DNA of 64,000 nucleotides, taken from the NCBI GenBank assembly GCA_054600435.1, contig BAAIJX010000004.1, forward strand, positions 620,001-684,000. The letters are read 5' to 3'. The translations under genes were made by a program, and so were the position numbers. Shown here piece by piece: positions 39,257-48,747 of the stretch. The stretch's first letter is position 1; every line of letters begins with the position of its first letter. The notes below the pieces were generated by a model that worked only from the letters and a program-made list of their open reading frames with translations, made no database searches and had not been told where the DNA came from. The DNA comes from Neophaeotheca triangularis. Taxonomy: Eukaryota.

Positions 39257-41618
39257 TCAGGGTAGGCAGAGTTGGTTTTGCGAGGGAACATCTAGCCAAC
39301 TAGTTGTATAGTCACCAGTAGATTGACGATGCTCCCAGACACCTCTTGCCACGTCATTGAGCCTACGGCCTCCGAAGAATGCAGTGCGGCCTTCTACGTA
39401 CGAAAGACACTCGATAGCTCTGCCTTGCAATTGTGCAGTAGTGGCCTCGCACGCCGCCACGAAGATCGGCCAAGCGATCAAAAACGTTAGGTCTTGATCC
39501 GCACCTAGCTTTTCAAGCCAAGGCTGAGTATCATCGAATACTTTTCGAACTGGCTCCTGTAGCACCATTGCGTGGACGATTCTTATACGGCGGTAGAAAT
39601 AGATGCAGATGGCGTGATGAACGGCAGATGCCAATTGATGTCTCATAGAGATGTCTGCATCTGCTTCTTCTTGACCGCTACATTTAGGCTGACTCGCCCA
39701 TATGTTGCTCTCCAGTCGCTTGATGTGTCGTTGCAATGCATCGGAGAGCTCCCGATTCCTTCTCGCGCTCGCTTCTAGACCGGGCTTGCCATTCGCCAAG
39801 CTGATAGTCTGCGACAACAACGTGAATAACGTCTCTGGTATGCCGTAGAGCTCGGTAAAGAGCGTGCTGGTCCATTTGCCCGTCGACTGAAGGTGTATGT
39901 CATTGTAGCCGACTTCGGGTGACTTTTCACTTTGCTCATCCAGCCCAACGCCAAGTCGATCTTCCGTTATGTTGAACCGCTCAGAAACTCGGGTACAGAG
40001 ATCCTCTGTAAGGCCAGCCGCAGGAGGGCGGACACTTTCCACCAGAATCCTGACACAGGTGTAGACATGATGTAGCACCCTCAGCTCGAATGAAAGATCT
40101 GGGTTGCGAAGTCCGTGCTTACGAATCAGGTGCTCGGCGTCCACTAGATAGTCGAGGGAATTACCAAGGTCGTTGTACGTCTGCCGAAATAGTTAGGAGG
40201 GACAGGAGCGTGATCGAGAGGCCGACTATCCACTCACCGACACCAATGCGAGCGCGAGCGTAGACATGAGCGCTTCTTTATATTGTCCAGTGCCCACATT
40301 CGTCTCGAGAGCCAATCGCAAGTGATACTTTGCGACCAATTCTGCCTTTCGGGCAGTGTCCAGTGAGTTGTCGCAGCGGGCCAAAGCATTACTTCGACCC
40401 GCCCTCGAGGTAGCGCTGCTTGCCAACGTGGCGTAGAAGACGGAAGACGACAAGTGATCAGAATTTTGGAAGACCGTCAGTTCAGCAAATGTCCGCATGG
40501 CGACCGGCAGGGCGGACAAGCCCCAGAAGGTCTTGATCGGTACTCTGGACGCATAAGAATCATCTTGAAAATATCGCAAGAGCTCGGGCGCTTGCTCAAT
40601 AAGTCCTACCGTATCTGGGCACTCCTGGGGGCTCGTTCGAAAGACATGTTCGGGAGGCGGAGCAGGTTGGGCAGACTGCAGATCTTGGCCACTAAAAGAA
40701 GAGACTACGCCATCCCAAGGAAATGAAAAGCCGCCTGAAATGGTCGCAAAAGGATCTAGGGAGTCCCACCAAAGTTGATCGTCAAACAAAGTCTGTGGCC
40801 AGAAATTTTCTGACAGCGGCTGACAAGGATCGACTGCAGGAGGCATCGAGCTGCTCGTCCAGTTGCCTGCATGGGAGACAGGCAACGTCAACTCCGCAGT
40901 CTCATAACTTGGCTCCTGTGCAGTTGGGGTGCAATTTCCTTCATCTTCGCCAGCTATGCCGTTAGTGATGCATCCAGGTTCGGGGAGGCTGGTCGTAGAG
41001 TGCGTCTCTGGGAGCGCTTTGAAGACATGGAAAGGGCCCCTTTGCAACCCGACCTCGAGCTCTCCAGACTCTTCGGATCCATCACAGGCCTCGTCTATCT
41101 GAGACAAAAGAACACCGGCAGATACACCGTTGAAGCTTGCCGTCAGCTCTGCGGCCAAGGTCCGACGTTCAGATTCTAAGTGGTGTTAACATGAGTCCGT
41201 TCTCGAGAGGACATGTGAGGTTTACCACTGAATAGAGGATGTCGTACAGATCGAGTGCCGTTTGGGCGATGTCGCTGAGTTGAAGGACCATTGTCGCTGG
41301 GGTCATCTGCCAACCAGAGTAGGTTGGATGTGTAGCCCTCGCACGTCAGATTGAGGCGTTTGCAAGATGCGCAGATGGGACGTGCCTCGTCACACTACTG
41401 AGATGATCAGCTTATCGCATTATGATACTCCAGTCGGATGGTCGAGGACATGGACGGTAAGGTACCTTGAGATGTCTGCCTAGACGGACATCAGATGTCA
41501 GAAGTCAGATATTGGTGGTGACAACGTTTTTCTGCCTGAGGCAATACTCACTTCTGCACGTGCCACAGCCTGTGAATACCCGGTTCTTTGTCTTTCGTCT
41601 TGCCTTGAGAGCTGGCAT
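39257..41618 (-). CDS. Zn(II)2Cys6 transcription factor (Fungal_trans_2 / ARG81-like); exons 41618-41552, 41479-41466, 41394-41226, 41175-40238 and 40180-39257
   Basis: Spliced [62 protein letters not shown] and WPIFVAACEA. Confidence 0.88.
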
Positions 41619-42639
41619 CTTCTCAAGACCACTTAGTTGGCAATTCTTCGCAATTACTTACCAAGAACCTCGTGGTTATTCTTTCGTCAGGATCGAGATT
41701 TTCAGGATGTAATTGGGAATGATGGGAGGCAGCCATCAGCGAGCTGTACATTAGGAAGGTTACCACGAGCTTGGCGAAGGTGATCCTTCCGAGAATATCC
41801 ACTGCCTATCCACCACCACCACCACCACCACTACCACCAACACCCCTTCCAACCTTCCCGTCTTGATGAACCTGAGTCGAGAGCATGCGCAGAGTGAACA
41901 TTCCGAGATGCCAGTCACACACAAGCCACGTGAACAGATCCAGATTCGGGAGCTTGCTCTCATCATGCTGCAGAAGGGGACATGCAGTGCAGAGATAGGG
42001 GCCGGTAAGAATCTCCCTGGAGTAAGTTACATATTGGCGATCTTGATGGATTTCCAGTTCAAGAAATAAGGATAGGAGAGGGAAAGAGGCCATGAAACAA
42101 ACGAAAAAGCTTCCATGTTCTGCATAGCCATGTCTAAATAGAGCCTCCCCTACCCTAGCGACGTTGTATGACCGCCGTTTGGCACGCTCACTCATTAATC
42201 AAGCCTGGAGCCAAGCCGTGAATCGCTGAGAAGATGGAAATGTGAACACCATGTTCAAAAACTCGAGCGGGCATCTCTTGCCCAGCAATCACCAACAACC
42301 GGAGGAAGGGGTGGGATAAATTCCTCGCACTTAGGAGGCTTCCATCTTGCTGTTACTGATGCTTGCCTCTCCCCGAACCTGGAGGATTTGTCCGATCCAT
42401 GTCTGCTCTCAAGCCATCTGATAGAGCAAGTGACCCCCTTGCCTGCTCCTATTCGAGCTCTCTCAACAATAACGTTCGACCGTATGAGTGCTCGTCCGTA
42501 ACCTCCGTTTCGCGGCTGAAGTCGGCATCTTCAGTCGAACCGTACATAGCAGCGTATCTGAGCCGTCTCGTCTCTCGGCGCAAGACGATACGCTTCCGCC
42601 CTTGAGAGAATGGGACCCAGCCTTCTGTCCGGCAGAAGT

Positions 42640-43161
42640 CACCCTAACAACTGATCAGATACCCGCGACAATGAGTCGTCGGATGGCTCAAGAACATGCC
42701 GTTGCAGCTATGAGCGGTTTTGGTCTCGAGCCCAATGCGCCTCAGGTCCTTGTGAGACTGACTGACTGACCTCGACGAACTCTTCCCCAAGCCCTGAGAC
42801 CTCTCTTGCAAAAGCACCGTTATAGCACCCAATGCGCAGCCAGAAGAGCGTAGAGTCCAGTCCCACGGTTGGCGCAGCGGGAGAGAGGGTTGGTGGACCA
42901 GCTTGAGCAGCAGCAGGACCGGTAGTGGCAGCTTTGCGGGAATCCTCGTCCATGTAAGGCCCTCACTTTCGGCTCCTGCAAGAAAGAAGAGCTTGATCCT
43001 GAGCTTGTGGGAGTTGAACTATGTATGACAAGGCGAATCTGCCGGTTGACCTGAGTGGCGAACAGGAGGTCCCTGGGCTCGAAAAAAGTGAGGAAATGCT
43101 CCGTGAGCTCGACGATATTGAATACCCTGTTGGCAGAGCTGGAGGGGATATCGCGGGTCAT
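42640..43161 (-). pseudogene. F-box-like pseudogene, paralog of 59790-60548
   Basis: NRVFNIVELTEHFLTFFEPRDLLFATQVN, then after a frameshift NSHKLRIKLF, and later SCNGMFLSHP in a separate short ORF. The paralog has ELTEHLFTYFEPKDLLLAT..NSLKLRVKL..SCTLMFLQP. Confidence 0.72.
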
Positions 43162-44263
43162 TTTGCCGGATGGGTGGTTGTCATGCTTGTGTCGAGGAGG
43201 TGTGGTAAGAGGCTGGCTATCCAGGGGTGCTGGTTGGCGACATGAAGTGAAGTTGCCCGATGAAAACGACGTATGGTTTTTTTGATGGGGTGTTTGATTT
43301 TGGCGTGCTGACTGTAGTGTCGCGGAAATTGAGAGGACTTTGGGAGGTTGGTGACGTTCCAAGGGTGGAAGGAATTCAAATGAGATGGTAGATGTTGAGC
43401 TAATCAATCCGTTACACGATAATGTAAGGGCAAGAGGACATTGAAGAGCAGGAATCGTGAATCATGTACAAGGTCTGCGAAGCGGCGATTTAGGTTGTAC
43501 TCCTGGTGTCATCATTACTCTTCAAACCTCCTGGACAGGGCAGCCTTCTGCGTAGCAGCTGGAAGAAACTCCGTTCCCAGACGTGGCCCAAAGCTTTTTG
43601 GGAAAATGGATGTCCTCATTGATTGTTCTCGGCATGCTCGGCGTGGGCGCTTGCCCGTGCGCTACCTTCAACCTGTTCAGGACAATGGGCCACTCGTCGT
43701 CGGAGACGATCCTGGGGCGTCGTGAGGAGTGGACTGGCTGGGTGATCAGTATGCACATTCTGCTCTAATCACGGAGCCAAAAGTTGTCGCAGTCGACGTC
43801 CGAGCCATGGGCGTAAAGCGAAGACTGGTGGATTGTCTTGCATCGAGATACCGTTACCGGCGGTAGCAAATTTGTGTCCGAGAATGCGTTTGGCGAACAC
43901 TACACGTGGTGGAAGAGTCTGAGATACTCTCGCGACAAACCAAGGGAGAGGATAGGAGACGACACCAACATCAGAGATATGTTGCTCGCATCAAACATAC
44001 AAGGAGCATGGTAGTACTGTCCTTCGACGATTCAACATAGGGTAGCCGCAACGTAATAGTTGGATTTGATGGTTATGCTAACGTGCTTATTCTCCGTTAA
44101 AAGCCACCACAGCAAAAGTATGTACAATAAAAGGAAAGAGAGAACGAGACCACATCCGATCCTCGAGAATAAGTAAGAAAGAAAAAGAACAAAAGATATC
44201 TCCTCTCATCCCCTCTCATCTCATTTCCACGACGTTCCCATCATATCCCCAACTTCAATCTCT

Positions 44264-45919
44264 TCAACCGTGGTGCTGGCCACGACCGCCCTCATGGTGC
44301 TGGCTCTTGCCACTCCACTTGCCGTTGCCGTTGCCGTTCCACCTGCCACCACGGCCGCCGTTGCCGCCGTAGCTGGTGCCGTTGCGCTGGCCCTGGTGCT
44401 CGCCCTTGTAGCCGCCGCGGCCCTCGCGCCACATGGTCTCAGTCACGGTGACGGTGGCTTGGGGTGGGCAGACGTCGCCGGCTGGGGGGGCGGTCATCTC
44501 GGGGGCGGGCGTGGTGACGGTCTCAACAGGCTTGGTGTTGTCAGGCTTGGTGTAAGCCGGGGGCTGGGTGTTCTCGGCGGGCTTGGTGTCGTCAGGCTTG
44601 GTGTAAGCCGGGGGCTGAGTGTTCTCGACGGGCTTGGTGTTGTCAGGCTTGGTGTAAGCCGGGGGCTGAGTGTTCTCGGCGGGCTTAGTGTTGTCAGGCT
44701 TGGTGTAAGCCGGAGGCTGAGTGTTCTCGGCGGGCTTAGTGTTGTCAGGCTTGGTGTAGGCAGGCTGAGTCTCAACAGGCTTGGTGTTGTCAGGCTTAGT
44801 GTAAGCTGGGGGTTGAGTCTCAGCGGGCTTAGTGTTGTCAGGCTTGGTGTAAGCCGGGGGCTGGGTGTTCTCGGCGGGCTTAGTGTTGTCAGGCTTGGTG
44901 TAAGCCGGGGGCTGAGTGTTCTCGGCGGGCTTAGTGTTGTCAGGCTTGGTGTAGGCAGGCTGAGTCTCAACAGGCTTGGTGTTGTCAGGCTTAGTGTAAG
45001 CTGGGGGTTGAGTCTCAGCGGGCTTGGTGTTGTCGTAGTCGGTCTTCATGGAGGGCACAACCATGGTGGAGGTAGTGAGACCAGTGCTGACCTTGCCATC
45101 GTCGTTGGTGACAGTGACATCGCAAGTGGTGAGGGTAGTGTACTGAGTAGTGTACACGGTGGCGGTGCCGTTGTTGGGGCCGGGGGTGACAGTGGGCTGC
45201 TCGCCGCCTTGGCCGGGGATGAATGCACCGGGGGTGACAGTGTTGGTACCGTCGTCATTGAAGGGGTTCTCGCCGAGACATTCGGCGAATTCAGAGGCAC
45301 ACGTGGCCCTGTTGGCGTCGGGGGCGCCGCGGCAGGCATCGTAAGCGTCGTAACAGTCGCTCTTGCAACCCGCAACCTCAGAGGAACAGAAGGCCTGGTT
45401 GGCGTTGGGAGCGGTGCGGCATGCGTTGTCGGCATCGACGCAGCTCAGGTCCCCGGTGGTAGTGGGGGCCGGAGGAGCGGACGCGTAGCTTTCAGAAACC
45501 ACGACAGTGGCGGAAGCGGTCTCTTGCTGACCTTGACCAGGGATGAAAGCGCCGGGGGTGACAGTGTTGGTACCGTCGTCATTGAAGGGGTTCTCGCCGA
45601 GGCATTCAGCGAATTCAGAGGCACACGTGGCCCTGTTAGCATCTGGAGCACCACGGCATGCATCATAAGCGTCGTAACAGTCGCTCTTGCAACCCGCAAC
45701 CTCAGAGGAACAGAAGGCCTGGTTAGCGTTGGGAGCGGTGCGGCATGCGTTGTCGGCGTCGACGCAGTTCACGCTACCAGTAGCCGAGGCAGACGGAGCA
45801 GACGAAGAAAGGGTGACGGTGCTGGTAATTTCCGCCGCAGGTGCCGTGGTATCGTAGGCAGCCTGGGGCGCAGCGAGTGCTACGCCGGCGAAAGCGAGGA
45901 TGTACGCTTTGGTGTACAT
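44264..45919 (-). CDS. Secreted Cys-rich, tandem-repeat extracellular or cell-surface protein
   Basis: Signal peptide MYTKAYILAFAGVALA, two 8-Cys modules, Thr-rich linkers, about 10 YTKPDNTKP(A/V)E(N)TQP(P)A repeats and a Gly/Arg/His/Asn-rich tail; strongly C-biased codon usage. Confidence 0.88.
   Translation of the reverse strand: MYTKAYILAFAGVALAAPQAAYDTTAPAAEITSTVTLSSSAPSASATGSVNCVDADNACRTAPNANQAFCSSEVAGCKSDCYDAYDACRGAPDANRATCASEFAECLGENPFNDDGTNTVTPGAFIPGQGQQETASATVVVSESYASAPPAPTTTGDLSCVDADNACRTAPNANQAFCSSEVAGCKSDCYDAYDACRGAPDANRATCASEFAECLGENPFNDDGTNTVTPGAFIPGQGGEQPTVTPGPNNGTATVYTTQYTTLTTCDVTVTNDDGKVSTGLTTSTMVVPSMKTDYDNTKPAETQPPAYTKPDNTKPVETQPAYTKPDNTKPAENTQPPAYTKPDNTKPAENTQPPAYTKPDNTKPAETQPPAYTKPDNTKPVETQPAYTKPDNTKPAENTQPPAYTKPDNTKPAENTQPPAYTKPDNTKPVENTQPPAYTKPDDTKPAENTQPPAYTKPDNTKPVETVTTPAPEMTAPPAGDVCPPQATVTVTETMWREGRGGYKGEHQGQRNGTSYGGNGGRGGRWNGNGNGKWSGKSQHHEGGRGQHHG
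44520..45035 (-). repeat. Coding minisatellite with 45/48/51-nt units, about 10.5 copies
   Basis: Recurrent gtgttgtcaggcttggtgtaagccggggg on the + strand; a 195-nt four-unit block occurs twice. Confidence 0.95.
45208..45766 (-). repeat. Direct internal duplication (about 235 nt, offset 324 nt) encoding the 8-Cys module
   Basis: 45208-45442 and 45532-45766 encode the identical peptide CVDADNAC..PGAFIPGQG with only synonymous differences. Confidence 0.95.
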
Positions 45920-48747
45920 GGTGGTGGTGGTGGTGGTGGTTAGATTAGGGAAACGAAGGACTGAGGCCCGAGGTGGAAGGGCGAAAAAGAGTTATAAAAT
46001 GCGCAAGCAGTTTCGAGATGACGAGAGGAGCGAGTGTGGTTAGAGAATGGTGAGAATTGAGAAAGACGATCCTACCTTGTTAGATATATATTTGCTCTGT
46101 TCGCCCAGAATAGCTTTGGAGTGCCGCGTCCAGGGATGCATATGGGATGTGTAAAGTCATGAAAGCTCGTATATCCCCAGTAATACGGAGAGACGATCAT
46201 GCAGGCAAGGCCGCAGGGGTACGTGAGCCAGCAACAGATTCGACGTGAAGGCAAAAGGCGCAGGACGCATCTCCGCGATTTCGAATCCATTGTGGAGCAA
46301 AGAGATCGTTTGGGAAGGCGGCAAGTCGGTCACGGTCTGGAATAGGCCCAGTCGAGTGGATGTGGGTGGACACCCACGGGGGGAACTCGAAGTCCCGTCT
46401 AGAAGATTTTGCTAGAGTTTGCTAGAGTCGAGGCTCGCGCGAGGTGGTACTGAGAGACTTGACATCGAGGAGGACAGTTGCCAAGGGCGGGTGCCCTGGA
46501 TTGCACCCGTCGAATCGAGAGCTCAATAACAGCCGTTGGCCGCGAGGCACGAAATCTACTGGATCGTTTCCAGGAAGATGCCTGTTGATGACCGGTAGAC
46601 GACGTAGGTGGTGACTTTCTTGCCCTTTCTAGACGAGTCTTAAGCTCGTAATCCCAAGAAGCTCGACGTTGCGGCAAGTCTTGTTATACTTTTGGTTTGT
46701 TTTCAAGCTGTGAACTCGGTAGCTAGCGTCCACTTGTGCCGATCTCGTACCCGGCTCGCCGGATGGCGAAATCAGGTCAATGGCAGGGACAGGCCTGGAC
46801 GACGAGGCATCTCTATGGATGGCCAAGCGACTTGCCCACGCAGATGGTAGGATGTTGACAGTATGGATTCAGATCTTCGAGGATGACCGGACTCCGTTGG
46901 CATTGATCAGACACGCTCGTCACGCGTGCCTTTAGGCGACGGCGTCGTCGCTCCAGCAGAAGGAAAAACGGCACTTTGCTAGCTAGCAAAAATACGTCAA
47001 GTGCGCAGTAGCAGCAACTTAGGCGGATGAGCGGGAACGCAGGCGACGAATGCCCATTGTGGGTGATGGAAATAGCTCAAGCATGCTTCCGCGCTCGATT
47101 GAATTCGACTGGTTTTCCCAGACCCGACGTTTGTACGTAAGCCCCGTTGCGTTCCAGACTTGAGAAGAAAAGGTCAAAGGCTAACAGAGGGCGGGTCGGG
47201 TCAGCAAGCTGCAAGCCACATGGTCTATTTTGGACGGGGTTGACGGCACGCCGCGTGCGCAAGGCTGTGTCCTGAGACTCCTGTCAGTGTCGGAACTAGG
47301 GGTTGTGATTGTTATATGCCATGTCAGACAATGCATGTCCTCCAGGTACCATCTGTGACGCTATGAGGCTACGAAATGTGTTATCGGTAGGAGAGGTAAG
47401 GGTGTCTTGTCAACAGCTGGGCACGTTACATTACGCACCTCACCTACCTAATAAGGTACCGTAGGTAATATTGGATCTGTTTGGTGAAGTCAATTTAAAC
47501 TTTCACCCACATTTCCGCATTAGGTACCTTACGTCAGCTCCAACTTCAACTTCAATCTGAAACACCAACGCTAACTCTAACCCTACCTCCTACGCACACG
47601 GTACACCTCACGTTTTCCGGCCACATCAATGATGGATCATTTATCAAAGACCTCATCTACCTCCGGTGTCTGCCCATTTACTAATGTAAATCTTCAACTT
47701 GTTAAAACTGACGCATTACCAACCCTATCCTATAACCACCTGTTCACTAGCCATGTAGCGTACGTAGTAGCTTGACTCGACAAAGCCAAACTTCAGACCC
47801 TTGGCCTAACTATTCTCCAAGTCCGCCCGTCGCGCTCCCCAAGCCAGTCCCAACGTAAAGGAGTGAGGATTATTACAGCCACCAGAACCCCAGGAAGTAG
47901 ATGCAGATCTTGTCCCCAGCCAGCCAGCACCATACCAAACCAAGTCATACCCAATCACCTTATTCCTAAAGCAAGCACCAGTAAGTCCCCCAAAACTGGA
48001 GAGAGACCTACCCCACCCCAAAAACAGCCAAAACTCAATTCCAAACCCAACCCTCCCTATACAGCGCCCTCAAGGCTCGCATCTACCATCTCAACAAAAG
48101 CTCTCGAGCTCCCAAAACACCGAAAGTTTCGACAAAAGACAGGTGCTCGGTCTTATAGTACATAGCGAGAAAACAGCAGCTTCGAACGCCTTCGCTAAAG
48201 ATGTCGTGCTGCGAGCAATCAAGAAGCCGCCCCCCCCCCCTCTTAGGGCAGCTGGGGAGATGAGATAGATGTTCGGAAGTAGTAACAATGCTCAGGCGTC
48301 GTGTCCATGTCGTTGTTTATGCGCTATGCGCCGTCGTCATCCCACGCCACTCCAGCTCCCATGGCCAAGGTAGGTAGGTAGGTAGGTGGGTAGCTCAGAC
48401 GGGGGAAAATGTCACCCAGACTCGACCGAAAATGCCCTCTCCATTCCCTACCGCTCCATTGCATAACATGGCCGCAACCGCAAACAGCAAATCCAGGGTC
48501 CGACCGCGCCAACCCCTTTAGAAAAACAGTCTCTACATCCCGGGCCCCGGAATCTAAACCCTCCCAGACCCTGACCCCTAAAAGCCCTTGCAAACCCCAT
48601 CACCCCCCGCCTGCCATTCCAAACCCACGCCTCGCTGGACCCCGCCGGCCCCTTAGCCTCCTAACTCTCACGCACCCACAAGAAAAAACAAAGGATGCAG
48701 CAGTCCCCACTAACCCCCCTCCCGTAGTCCGAATAAAAAGAAACCCC

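Noticed and set aside
44520..45035. CRISPR-like array
   Set aside because: The repeats are contiguous coding units with no unique spacers, in a eukaryotic genome.
44270..45943. 557-aa plus-strand ORF
   Set aside because: It is the antisense shadow of the repeat protein, open because of biased codon usage.
47500..48270. Possible ORF remnant or transposon relic
   Set aside because: Low-complexity Pro/Ser/Gln translation with stops; no transposase, RT, LTR or TIR features.
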